Assembly (NCBI GenBank): GCA_030390025.1
Contig: CM059432.1
Span: forward strand, 62,746,001-62,810,000
Source: Squalus acanthias
Taxonomy: Eukaryota
Length of the DNA: 64,000 nt
Reading direction: 5' to 3'
The stretch's first letter is position 1; every line of letters starts with the position of its first letter. The notes beneath the pieces were generated by a model that saw only the letters and a program-made list of their open reading frames with translations, did no database searches and was not told the DNA's origin. This document shows, in pieces, positions 51,386 through 63,500 of the stretch. A program made the position numbers and the translations under genes.

Positions 51386-52149
51386 TGGCCCTGAAATTCG
51401 CCTCTCCGGCTTGCCGCGGGGGTAAGGATCCCGCGCGCACTTACCTACCGTGCCTGCCGTTGACCTCTGGGCCCACGGGAACTTCAGCTCCTGGGCCTGC
51501 TCCAAGTGCCGGCGCGCAGTGCTTGCGTGTCCCAGGGGCGTAGTTAGTGCGATGCGTCCCCTGGGATCACGTGGGCCATGGAGAGCCAATGGCAGCAGAC
51601 CATCTTTCATTCATAGTTTTGACAGGAGACCTGTCAAATCTATGAATTGAAATCGGCCCCAAAAGAACAGCTAAACTTAAAATAAATTTTAAAAAACCCA
51701 TCACATTTATAAAATAACTATAGTTAAATAAATTAACTACTTTAAACAAAAATTTAAATTTTTGAAAAAATTAAAATACTTTTTAACAGTGCTAAAAATA
51801 AACTTACCTTTCTTTAAAGTATCTAAAAAAGATAAACCTGTTGAAATTTTTTTAAAATTATACTTAATTAACCACTTACCTTGTTGAAAACGGCTCCTGC
51901 GCCTCCTTTTTAAAAGCGCAGCTTCTTCAATACTTACCCTCCCGGAGAAACCTGAAAAAAAACCTAAGTTTGCTGCATGCGCGCAGGCTCTACCGTGCAC
52001 GTGGTTCACCTCTGAACCGCCCCCTTCACCAGACCGGAAGTTCCGGTTTCCTGCGCATGCGCAGTGCATGCAGGAAACCGGCACTTCAGGACGCCTTACG
52101 GGTGAGTACACAGTGCGTACTCACCTGGGAAGGGCCGAATTTTTGGCCC
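51386..52149 (-). mobile_element. ~760-bp Harbinger-type MITE in env
   Basis: TGGCCCTGAAATTCG / CGAATTTTTGGCCC ends, TSD TAT; colinear with 49745-50505 and 6208-6712. Confidence 0.88.
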
Positions 52150-52544
52150 TATATCTCCATGCAAAACGAAGCCCTTAAGGCTGTGGCCCAGTTTGGCCAC
52201 CCAATTCCCCCACTGTCCATGAACCTGAGGTCAATTTTGGACAGGACTAGCACCTTGGAAAAACATCTGGTCAAGATGGCCCAACAGAATGAGGAAATAG
52301 AGCAGGAAATAGAGCAGGAAATCCAGAAGCAAGGGGAACGAAAATGGTATGAATCGGTCTACAATGTTAGCCAAACTCCCTGGTTAAGAATGCTCGCTGT
52401 ATCCTTAGTAATAGCTCAAGGGTTAGTGCTAACAATTCTGATAATATTGGTATGTTACCTACGGTACCTGATCAAGAATTTAGGGAAATGGGCTAATAAC
52501 TTAGAATTAGCTAGAGTAGGCGACTGAGAGAGGAAAACAGGCAG

Positions 52545-52932
52545 TTAGGGGTGAAGGCTTCTCCGAGGTGGATGCATGCTGGCCACGGCCTAACACCTTG
52601 GTCAAGTTTAGCCTCTGAGGTGGATCGATGCTGGCTACGGCCTAACACCTCCAACAGCTCGAAGGACGACCCAACGAAGTGACTGCTGCCGCAGGCTGCA
52701 GGGATCCACCCAATCTGAGACCACCATTCTGCCTCACCGTCCATCTGGTCGTTTTGTTCCGCTCCGGGGCCATAGATCACCCTCATCTGTCACGGGTTGT
52801 ATGTCTAGTGTGTCTATTTCAATCGCATGTAGTATCTGATTACGTTTAAACTGTAGCTCTTTAATAAAATGCTTTACAACTCCTAAGAACCTTTGGGTAA
52901 TCTGTGTATGACCTGTGATCCAAATTCTTACA
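52545..52932 (+). repeat. 3' LTR-like region of the retroelement (5' boundary uncertain)
   Basis: Direct repeat GAGGTGGAT..ATGCTGGC.ACGGCCTAACACCT x2, AATAAA at 52863-52868, terminal CA. Confidence 0.6.
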
Positions 52933-53740
52933 ACCCGCTACCTGATCTTTCCCCCTCTCTGTCCTCTCTTTCTCAAATCTGTTTTCTCTTTCCTTCTGAT
53001 TTGTCTCCCTCATCTCCCTCTCCCAAATATCCCTATCTATGTCTCTCTCTCTTTCTCGCCCCTGCCATTTTCTCTCTCTCCAATCTCTCTCTGCCCCCTG
53101 ACATCTTTTTCTCTCCCCGATGTCTCTTTCCCCACGGTCTCTCTGTAATGCTCACCTAATGGCTGCCTGCGACTTCTCTCCCTCCAATCTCTCTCTCTCC
53201 ACCATCAGTTGCTTTGCCTGCCTGCTCCTGCTTGCCTTCCTTCCCTCACCTGCCTTCCCCCTACATGCTGGCCATGTTTGCCCTGTTTTCAAAGTGTTAG
53301 CACCTGCAGGGGAGGGAGGGAAAAGCATGAAGCAGGTATGGAGGTGGTAGGTCAGGGGAAAGACAGGTGCCTGGTAAGCCTGGAAGTGGGTATAGGACAG
53401 AGGCAATGACCCACTAGGGGAGCAGGAGTTCTGAGAGTAGGTACATGCCAGGATGACTGTGGACCAGGAGAAATATACCGGCCCTGCAGTCCAATACAGC
53501 GATGGGAAAACAGGAAGTGGTCATGAGGATGGGAGGCGGGGCAAGAAATGGGCCTAGGAGAAGGATGCAGGCCCAAAAACAACTTAAAAAGCAGGAGGCA
53601 GGAAGTGGCCTGGAAGACAGACACGAGCCCAATTAAAAGCTGTAAAAAGTTAAAACTGTAGATGTAGAGGTGGAGAATTGAGAAACTTGAAAAAATAGAA
53701 GAGGCGGCACTTAAAAGAATGGACATGGGAGACAGACATT

Positions 53741-53760
53741 TAACCCTAACCCTAACCCTA
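53741..53760 (-). repeat. Short telomere-type (TTAGGG)3 tract
   Basis: TAACCCTAACCCTAACCCTA. Confidence 0.8.
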
Positions 53761-56700
53761 AATGTACCATTTACACCTAGAGGACTGAAAGCTTAAGTAT
53801 AATGATAAGTGTACAAACCTTTACAGTTAAAGTACCCCTGCATGAGAAAATTGTGACACAGGAAGTAAATGTGACAAACAGGAAGTGGATGCAGGTCCAA
53901 GTTTTTAAATGTATTATAGATTAACCACACTTTATGACTTATATCATACATGTTGCCTTAAGTGCTAGAATCATCCTTTTCATTCTTCTCCCAATGTTCC
54001 CTTATACGTCAATCTCTTTAGGTGCCCTAATAAGTTCAACCAGCATTGGATTAGTTTCAAGTAAACATATCGGCTTAGAAATTGGGCTGTGTTGCACCCA
54101 TTTTTCAAGCGCTAGGTGGTCTAAAAAGTCCCTAAAATGACGGGCAGGAAGCGTGTACACACTTCCAGCTAGAAGTCAGTCGCCCGCCATATTGGGTAAA
54201 GACAAACAAGAGGCATGAGGAAGGTCCCATGGAGGCAAACCAGCAGCTAAACAAAAGTAAAGAAGGATTTTCTGTTAGTTATCCCAGACATGCTATGAAA
54301 ATTACCTCGATGTCAAGATGAGTGAAAAGACTCACCTATGAAAGTAGTCTGAAAAATGGAAGCGAAAATTTATTATATATTACAAAAGGTTGGTTGCAAC
54401 ATTCCATGCAGTGCCTGGATAATAGGTAGGTGGCGCTGTGATAGGCATCTCAATGTCAAAATGTAACAGTACGAGCTTCTGAGATCTGTGATTGGGTCTG
54501 GTTGCATTGCTAGTCGCACACCTGTCCAGAAATGTACCTGCAGTATTTCCATGCATGTATTACTTTTCCTAATATTTGCAACTAATCACAGCAATGTACT
54601 AAAGTTTAATTTTTTAATTTGAATATTTAACCACAAAAGAAATACAAGGAATGTGCCTCTTGAACTGCATCACAGTCCACGAATGAACCAACATCTTCAA
54701 CATTTCTGGCTTCCTGTGAATCGTCTAATTTGCAGACCCACTGGAGGAGAATTGTTCCCCCGAGACATGTGTGATGGTATCCCAGCCTGAGGGAAAGCAA
54801 GGAACATCTATGTCTCCACCATCATAATGAAAGTAATCTTGCCAGACATATGTAAACACAGGCATCATAGACTCTCGCCCACACACTACCCCCCCCACCC
54901 CGCTCACCTGCAGAACAGGGCCTGGAGGATAGGGAGGGAAACCCTGATACCGGAACGACAGCCCCCCAAGAGAAAAATCAGGGGCCTTTTTGGATTATAG
55001 AGGATCTCCCGCGCCCCACACTAAATATGGAGCCTGATGAAGCAAAGTGAGCTTACTCTCTCCTCACTAAGGTAGTTTCCCTGCCTTCTCCCCATATTCT
55101 CATTCCCTCGCCATTTCCAACTCTTCACCATCACCACCTCACCCTGTTCTTCTCGTTCACCCTCCCCTCTCACCCACTTTCCTCCCCATTAACATTCCCT
55201 TCCTACCCCTTTCCCATGTCTACCTCCTTTCAATCTTCCCTCTTTTTCCTCATCCCTCCTCCTTCCCATCTTCCTTACTCTCCCCTTATTCCCCACGCCA
55301 TCTCTCCCTTCCCTTTTCCCTTCCCTCTCTCCCTCTCCAACCTGCAATCCTTTCCCCTCCCTTCTCCCCTATCCTATCTACATACACTCCTCCTCCCTCT
55401 CTGACTTTTGTTCAATTATTCCCTAAAACTGCTATGATCAACACTCTTCTAAGCTTTTCTCTCTTTTTCCTTCCAACTTTTAGTTGATTGACATGGCTGC
55501 TTCTCAAGATAGCTCCACAATCTTCAAAAGTAATCCAGCAGTATCAAGGTGTACAGACACTAAATGACAAGAAGCCAGCAACAGATTAAATCCATTGGGA
55601 TCTGTCAGTACTTCCAGGACAAGTTTAAAAATAAATAACACTGCAGTACTTCATTCTGGGAGAGTCCTGCTCTGCAGAACATTTGGCGTGGGTTGAGGTA
55701 GTAGTAGTAGTGACCAGGTGACTTAAAAAGGGAGCAGAAGAATTAACAGGGATACATTAGGCAGAGGCTAATTTAAAAGGGGAGCCCCTAAGAAGAAGTG
55801 ATCTTAAAATGGGAGAGGCTGAGAGAAATGGAATTAAAAGGGTATGTCTCAAAAGAAGTGATATTACAAGGGGAGCACCCAAGAGATGTTTAATTAGATT
55901 GGAGCTTAAGATGTGTGATTGCTGTGGGATGCTCACGCACAAGAAAGCCTGGTATAAAAGTGGGGGAAGAAATGCAAACACTGTTGATTAAAAAGCTTAA
56001 GGAAAAGGTTTCTGACCTTAATGCGGAATTCACAGGGGCAGACAAGAGTGAGTAGATTATCCAGGGTGAGTGACTGGGCGAAATTGACAGGCTGACACCC
56101 ACCTTGAGTTTGAGTCATTGGGTTAGGAGGTGGAGGTTGATATAATCAGGTCAGGGTTGTCATAAAAAGGATAGAATTGCAGAGGGAAATGAAGAAAATT
56201 AGGGTAATAGACAGAGTAAGGTTGGAAAAAGTAGCAGGAAAGGTAAGAAAGCAAACTGGGATCACGACTCAGACTGAAAGACATAGGGAGATTGTAGTTG
56301 TTGGGTGTGCTTTGCTGAGGAAAGTGGATAACCCACCGCAGAATCAGTCCTGAAGACTCATCGTAGTGTCTCCTACTCAGACTCATTAGAGGTAATTTTG
56401 ACTTTGGCTGATAGTGTAAAACACATCAAGTCAATGGAAATGTGCTGTTTAATGGGTGGCCGAGCCAATATCGCTCGTTTTACACTATCCCCCCGCCCCC
56501 CCTCCAAGTCAAAATTGACCCCATTCTTTTTCAAGACTTCCTCAGTCTTTCTAGTTAGTAATCATCTAAAGAAGAGTCTTTTAACAGCTGGAGTAAATAG
56601 GATCTATCAAGTTGCCTGATATTATCTGAAGAAAATCATGGCATTGCTGAGCTACCTGTTAAATATGTTTGTTATTCATAAGATAATACCTAGCTATAAC

Positions 56701-57071
56701 ATTGGTGTCAGTAATTTTCTCATATAACTCAGAAATGACCAAAGTAGCCAGCTACCTTAGGATTTACATTGATGGCTAGTGTGGGATTGAAAACTTGGTT
56801 TACATTGATGCTTTCTTGATGCAGGGCACATTATAATGGTCAACCAAGATCAGCAGAACAGACCTAAAGAGTATGTAGATAGGGTTAATACTTGTTACAG
56901 ATTACACAAATCGTTCCTCTGTTTAATGTGACTGTTTATGACAGATTCATCTTTTGAAAATCACCTGCAGCTGAAACGTTATGCAGAAATGTTTCTGGGA
57001 GTGCAGAAAACCTTTGTGGATGATTTTTTAGTGTGATTACTAAACACTCGAATAAGTCAAAGTTCTGAAAG

Positions 57072-57428
57072 TATCATAGAATCATAGAATAGTACAGCAC
57101 AGAAGGAGCCCATTCGGCCCATCGATTCTGCGCCAGCTCTTTCGAAGAGCAATCCAGTTAGTCCCACTGCCCCTGCTCTTTCCCCATATCCCTGCAATTT
57201 TTTCTCCTTCAAGTATTTATCCAATTCCCTTTTGAAAGCTACTATTGAATCTGTTTCAACTACCATATCAGGCAGTGCATCCCAAATCCTAATCACTCGT
57301 TGCGTAAAAAAGATTTTCCTCATGTCATCTGTGGTTCGTTTGCCAATCACCGTAAATCTGCATCCTCTGGTTATCGACCCTTCAGCCATTGGAAACAGTT
57401 TCTCTTTATTTACTCTATCTAAACCCTA
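57072..57428 (-). mobile_element. CR1 LINE 3' end
   Basis: FFTQRVIRIWDALP..FKRELDKYL; (ATTCTATG)n tail. Confidence 0.9.
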
Positions 57429-58561
57429 TCACATAGAGTAAAAAAGAGCCACTGCACATGCAACTTTTACACTTCCTCTACTTCTCCATGTGTATCACAC
57501 AGAAATTCTATTTTGAAGAAACATTCAATGCAAGTTCCCTAGTGCCTAATCTAAGCCTTTTGATCAAGTTCGCTATGTGTATTTCCCTTAGAAAGTATAT
57601 TTGTTATTCTGAAATATTTTTTACATTTCATGATTAAAGGTCATTTACTTGAGTTCTTCTCTGGCTGCCAGTTTACTGTCATGAAAATATGAGAGATTAA
57701 TGAGCATATCTTTCATGGAATGATAGTAATACTTCATTTCGCATTGCATTACTATTTCCAAATCAGGCGCGGGAGGGCCTTTCCCCCATTTCTGCTGTTC
57801 TTTTCTTGATTAATGGAGAAGTTAAAGTGGTGGACAGCAAACATCTGTGCTCCACAGCACAAACACATGTATTATTTTAGTATTATAGTGAATATTCACA
57901 GATTTACTTTTTATTTTAATTGTTTCTGCAGCAACAATCAAAAATGCTCTTGTGAGACTGAAATGTTCCTTTTTGCCCGTTATGAATTTCTGATTCTATC
58001 TTAATTAACGTCTTATTAGCCTGGCTAAGTTTCGGAAAAGTTCTTTTGGCTGCTTTGAAATTAGAATTGAAATTTGGATCAACTTCAGGCCCAATTTTTC
58101 TTAATCCTTTAATATTATAAATTACAAATTTTCTCCCACCTTGCCAATTTGTGTGTGCATGTGTGCAAAAGTAGTGGATAGCTCAAAAACAACACTCCGA
58201 CAGGAATTGGGACAAGTGCCTGTAATTCAGGTCGCTTCCCATTTGCATTTGCAGACCCATTTGGGGGAGAAATGATAGGGGCTACTGCAGGATATAGAGG
58301 GTTAAATTGGCTAATCCCCGAAAACAGGCGTGAGGATTGCGGTACGTGATTAACCCGTGCCCATTCATTGCGATGCAGGCAGCACGTTAAATAAGCTCCC
58401 CGCGCTGTTCATTGGCTGCACACATCAGCAGGGGGCCCAATATCACGAGTGGCTAGTTCTACCTAAAGGCAGCCTGCCCTCTTAAAGGGGAGGTGCACTG
58501 TGGCTGCAAGAAGTGGTGGGAGCTTTTTGAAAAGTGAATCTGGGCTGTGATACTTTGAGAA

Positions 58562-60420
58562 ATGGCTGAACATGTGAGAGAACGAGCACCAAGATTTTCT
58601 GACAATGCACTGGAGGTCTTGTTGCAAGCTGTGGAAAGGAGAGATATCCTTTATCCGTGGTGGGGGGGGGGGCGGCAGGAGGTGCTCCAGACATATGCTC
58701 AGGAGGCTGTGAGAAGTAGCGGTGGAGGCCAATGACAGGAGTGTTGCTCCAAGAACGTGGATGCAGTGCAGGAAGAAGTTTAACCCTCTGACACGAGATG
58801 TCAAGGTGAGTGAATGCATCTTCAAATGGCATATCCTACCAACTGCACTACTCGCCTCATCCACTGCTTAATTCTCTATACCCCCATTACCCACCTACCA
58901 ACAATCACTATTAATCAGAACTCAGCCCTTCAATTCATATGCTTTACATCACCCTCACACACTTAGCACTGTTGCAAGCCTCACACCCACAACTCACAGC
59001 TTGCACACAGTCAGCTATTCACCCATGACAGGCATATCACCCAAACACATTGCACCACACTCACTGATACTCTTCCTTTTCTCTTGCAGGACAAGGTGGC
59101 TCACAACCAGAGGCAGCAGGAATGAACTGGAGCAGGACAGGGGCGCCTGCATAGCCTGACTCTGCTGGAGGAGGCAGTGCTGGCCATTATTAGGAGGACC
59201 ATCACTGAGCCTGTGTCCAGCGGCAGGGCTAAAGCAATACAGGATGCCGGTATCCTCATATGTAATCCTCCTTCTCACATCCCACTACCCCATATCCCAC
59301 AATCTCTTCTGATTTACAAGCTGCACATGGTGTAAGCATGCACCTCTTGCTTTCCCCCCCTCCCCTTACAACAACTCTACCCTTGTGCCTTTCTCCTTTC
59401 AGATAGCCAAGAGCTGCCACCTGACCAGGCACTGGTGGAGGAGCAGGAAATTGAAGAGCACCAAGGTACTGATGATGAAGACACAGCAATGTCACTTGAT
59501 TTCACACTCGCAGCCATCAGCTCAGATACTGCCACTCCGCGTAGTTTAGAGGATAGTTTGCACCTGGTGAGACATCGGGCACGAGTGGACTGCAGCCAGG
59601 GCAGGGGGCAAGGAAGCGCAGGTGCCAGCTCCCCGGAAGGCGAGGTCACACATGAGTTCTGCTGCACAGGACTCAGATGAGGACTTTGATGGGTGGCCTA
59701 CAGAAGAACGCTGATGGATATGCATAATGAAATGCTTGGTGCATTGGCAGGCCTGCCAGAAAACCTGTTGTCACTGTCAAGGAGCATGGAGGAGTCCATC
59801 ACCAACCTTGCACAGGGTTTTGTGCAGAGCTTGGAGCCCACCCTTTCCAGTGTGGAAGTATGGGCAACTCCATTAGTGCACTTATGGACTCAACCATGAT
59901 GCAGCATCTGATGGCCGATGTCTCAGCTTCCATTGCAGCACAAGCAGAAACCACCCTACGTCTGAGTGCTATAGTGAAAGCTCAGACTTCTGACATGCAA
60001 GCTGAGCTTGCTGCGACACAAGCTCAGTATGAAAAGGGGCTTGCAGGGTGTCTCCGCAGTCCAGCAATCTGTCCTCCAACAGATTACTAGGATTGCTGAG
60101 GCGCCGCCCCGGGGGAGTGGCAGTGGCTCCGTGGAGCATGAACCTGCCCTCCTCTCTCAGGATGACAGCGTTCGTCCTCCCACCACTGCCACTCCATCAG
60201 TGCCCTTGCTGTTGCCTGTTAGCTGCCAGCCCAGACTGCTGTCACCCATGCCGAGGTGGTGCAGTCTAAAGCCGGAACTTCTAGGCCCAGAGCTGCTTGA
60301 GATCATACTGCAAGGCCATCTGCAGTCTCCCCTACTGAAAGTCAGCAACCTTCCACCAGCCATGCTGCAGCACTGCGTCGAGCACGAGGACAGGCAAAGG
60401 CACTCAGAAGACAGACACTA
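58562..60420 (+). pseudogene. Harbinger Myb/SANT gene remnant (exons ~58562-58805, 59090-59249, 59403-60420)
   Basis: MAEHVRERAPRFSDNALEVLLQAVERRDILYP..RTWMQCRKKFN; GT-AG junctions at the same positions as the 47907 gene; frameshifts. Confidence 0.8.
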
Positions 60421-61190
60421 AAAGAATGCACAAGGGTGATTAGTTGACTTTGTTATGTTATATTGGATGGATTAATGTTAAAAGTTGGATTGGCATGTTT
60501 CTTTTGTGGTAGCTTTTATTTCAGCATTGTGGCCAAGAGGACGCTGTGATGGTCAGTAACAGAGGGAAGGTAAGGTGTGGGACTATTGTTGAATGGGGAA
60601 TTGAGGTTGCGGTCACTGGTACCACAGTCGGATGAGTCGATCACAGATAGCCCTTGTCACCCAATAGCTATCTCTGGTTTGCCATGGTGGCTCAAAGACT
60701 GAGGGAACAGCAGACTGGCGCAAAATAAAAGTGTCCTGACTGCTGCCAGGATACCGGGCATTCACCATCATGATGTGCTGAGCATGGTTGCACACCGACT
60801 GCACATTCAACGAGTGGTAACCTTTGCGGTTGCGGTATGTCTCAGCATTTAGATGCGGTGCCTGCAAAGCCATGTGCATGCAGTCGATGGCGCCCTACAC
60901 CACGGGGAAGCCCGCTATCCTGGAAAAGCCACATGCATGCTCCACTGCTTCTCCCTGTTCAGAGACAAAACAATGAAGTCCTCTCTCCTGGCATAAACAG
61001 CTTCTGTCACCTCTCTTTTGCAGCAGTGGATGGAAAACTGGGAGATGTTACAGATGTTGCCTGCTCCAGCCTGGGAGGATCCCGATGCAAAGAAATTCAG
61101 GGCCACGATCACCTTCACAGCCACTGGCAGCGCTGTCCTTGCCCTGGAGTGAGGCTGCAGGTCTGGTTGCAAGAGGTGGCAGAGTTCTGT

Positions 61191-62372
61191 TGTAGATGTG
61201 CGGAATTACCCCTCGCCTCATCCAACAGGTTATAGAGTTCGGACTTGAGACTTATGAGAAATTACACCAGACACATGGGTTCTGCCTTTGACCTTTTATT
61301 GTTCCTAAGACAGATTCAAAACCCCAACCACTATTCAAGCAGTCCACCAATAATGTTACAAGAAATCATACATACAACCACCCACAGATGATCAGTCCAG
61401 CGTTGATTGTAGACCACTTCCTTTCGACGGCAGCTCTTCACCTTCCGACTGCAGCTCTTCACCTTCCGACTGCAGCTCTTCACCTTCCGACTGCAGCACT
61501 TCGTCTTTCGACTGCAGCTCTTCACCTTCTGACTGTAGCTCTTCACCTTCCGACTGCAGCTCTTCCCCTTCCGACTGCAGCTCTTCACCTTCCGACTGCA
61601 GCTCTTCACCTTCCGACTGCAGCTCTTCACCTTTCGACTGCAGCTATCTGAGTTGAGGTGATCAGCCAGGCCACTCCTTCCGACTGCTGCTCCGATATTT
61701 TTAGTCACTGGTTTTTATAGTTTTTCTTGCCTTTTTCAGTAAATCAATCATTCAGAGATGGTGAGATGTTCCTTTAATGTTCGACCTAAGTTGTTTGAGC
61801 TGTCAAACTTTCTCACTCACACATCCTGTGTGGCGAACCGTTAGCTGCCTTTATCAAAGCCCAAAATTGTTCATTCACTCATAAAAGTTTACAAAAGTGG
61901 CAGTAAACCACTTGGTCACATTTCACGTGTTACGTCGCATCCTGTATTTCAGAACTTCAAAAGTTTGACTCCTCCCCTTTAGCCACCAAAAGTCGTTCTA
62001 CAACCTTGTGGCCTGTTTTGTTGTAGACACATTGAAGTCTGCAAATCTAAGGGGGTTTGTTTATCTCTGTTGTCTATGACTACCTCCTGCAGTCACAACC
62101 ATTTGTTCTGTCAGTATCTGCTTATCCGAAACACAGTTTTTGAAATATCTCCATCACAAAGCAGCTTCCAAATCCAACAGTTTCTTGTGAAAGCTCACCA
62201 AATGTTTGCTGCCTTTTAGTAAAGCACATCAAAGCACATTCCATGTCCACTTATCAGTGAAAGACTGTCTGTTACATTCACAAACTTTATTTCACTTCGA
62301 AAAACCTTTTGGCCTGGCAAAGCATTTCAATATATACCAAAATTAAAAATTAAGGGTCTGTGTATGCCTGCA
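61191..62372 (-). mobile_element. Solo LTR, 1182 bp
   Basis: TG...CA ends, 4-bp TSD CTGT, minus-strand TATAAA (61714-61719) and AATAAA (61295-61300). Confidence 0.85.
61420..61645. repeat. 21-bp minisatellite, ~10.8 copies
   Basis: Unit CCTTCCGACTGCAGCTCTTCA, head to tail with no spacers. Confidence 0.95.
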
Positions 62373-63169
62373 CTGTGAGCACCTCCTTCATAAAGCACAG
62401 ATGTCTCACACATTGCTCTTGGCTCAGGCTGAGATAAGAGAATTGCTATTGAAAGACCCTAGATGGATAAGGCCTCCTGATGAGAGCCCTTCTCCCCCCA
62501 CTCCTCCTCCCTCTGTGAGCAGCTTGTCCTCTTCTTCACTGCCTCTGCTCCATCTCCTTGTCATGCTGCAGGCCAAGGGGGATGACAACTAGAGCCCCCA
62601 TGACTGGGAGCAAGTGGTCTGAGCAGAACCCTTGAAGTCAGAAGCAAGGCCTTCTCCATGTGCAGCACCACTCCCTGTCACCTCACCAACTTTAAATAAC
62701 TCAGGAAAGCTCCAAACACTTACACAAACTTACACAGAACCAGTAGAAATTAATCAGCAACTAACCTTAGAGTGGTTGATGATCCCTTTAAATATCAGTG
62801 GTGGGGGGTGCTTGCTGCTGCTGAACGCATGTTGCGCTGTGCGAGGTTAAGACAGGGCGTTAGCTCCAGCGTTGAGGGCAAAAATGGCAGTGCTGCCGTC
62901 AAATCAGCGTTGCAGGCTGATTGACATCAGGATCTGCCCACTTTACATACTATTGATGCACATTCCTAATGCCCGCCCTACCACCCTCACGTGAAGTGCG
63001 CACGCGCGCAAGACGCAGACACCATTTTCAACACAAAACGGCACCCGTAGCGACAAAAAATTGGGCGCTACGGAGCAGAATTTCTAGCCCTGACTGTCTT
63101 GTTTCTGCTGTGCTACTGTGATCATCTCAGTTCTCTTACTGATCCTTTCCTTTTCTTTCTCTGCACCTA

Positions 63170-63500
63170 TCCATGACTACCTATGAATCCCACCATGTAC
63201 TTGCCACCACCTCCCTTTCCCAGTGTCATTTTCTTCTGCACAAGGAGGCCAGAATAAACAGTACACAATTCCTTCTCTGGCCACTTGCAGGCTGCATCTT
63301 TCTTTCCTCAGTGTGCCTACAAAATGCACCTTCCTACATGGGGGTAGGCAGAATCCAGGCACACGTACTCACCTTGACTATGTCTTCCTCTTATTTTTTT
63401 AGGAAAAAGCTGCCAACAACAGATGGCAGAGGACTGCTACTGGAGGGGGCCCTGGCAAAATCGTAGATGCCACCCAGTATGGCCATGTTTGATATTCTGT
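63170..63500. mobile_element. Very old Harbinger Myb remnant
   Basis: Acceptor followed by EKAANNRWQRTATGGGP at ~63403 resembles Myb exon 2 of the other copies. Confidence 0.4.

Larger units (their letters stand above)
47218..52527 (+). pseudogene. env: Envelope glycoprotein, class I fusion protein with F-protein-like layout, interrupted by three DNA transposons
   Basis: Splice acceptor at 47204, hydrophobic leader, furin site RKRQRKR (49634-49654), fusion peptide TGLGEWIGIGAAAGTA, heptad helix, Cys-rich block, second heptad, TM (LAVSLVIAQGLVLTILIILVCYL), short tail. Confidence 0.82.
45872..52932 (+). mobile_element. Rearranged env-bearing endogenous retroelement (lokiretrovirus-like)
   Basis: Gag, protease, integrase tail, env and an LTR-like end finishing TTCTTACA; candidate 4-bp TSD ACCC; inserted in CT-rich DNA. 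Confidence 0.8.
60612..62602 (-). pseudogene. Harbinger transposase remnant
   Basis: [46 protein letters not shown]; frame rejoins across the LTR insertion (KEVLT|ELCHLLQPDL). Confidence 0.85.
58263..63090. mobile_element. Older two-gene Harbinger transposon (left end approximate) with nested solo LTR
   Basis: Right TIR GAATTTCTAGCCC; Myb gene on +, transposase on -, convergent. Confidence 0.8.

Noticed and set aside
51970..52149. N-terminus of the 185-aa ORF (likewise the start of 50413-50787) as real protein
   Set aside because: These residues come from MITE DNA in frame by chance; only the parts after 52150 and 50506 are env.
52935..53150. Hydrophobic Leu/Ser/Pro-rich ORFs (also 55216-55404)
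   Set aside because: Translations of CT-rich low-complexity DNA.
55030..55060. Additional hammerhead at CTGATGAAGC
   Set aside because: No GAAA follows the putative stem II.
55700..56385. Purine-rich segment possibly from an old retroelement ORF
   Set aside because: No diagnostic motif recognised in any frame; left unannotated.
58423..58440. CTCF-like motif TCAGCAGGGGGCCC
   Set aside because: A single motif match inside a transposon end; function cannot be supported from sequence.
61420..61645. CRISPR-like array, or repetitive proteins (SCSRKVK / LHLPTAA ORFs)
   Set aside because: The units are contiguous with no unique spacers, and the context is eukaryotic. The ORFs are a by-product of a stop-free 21-bp unit.
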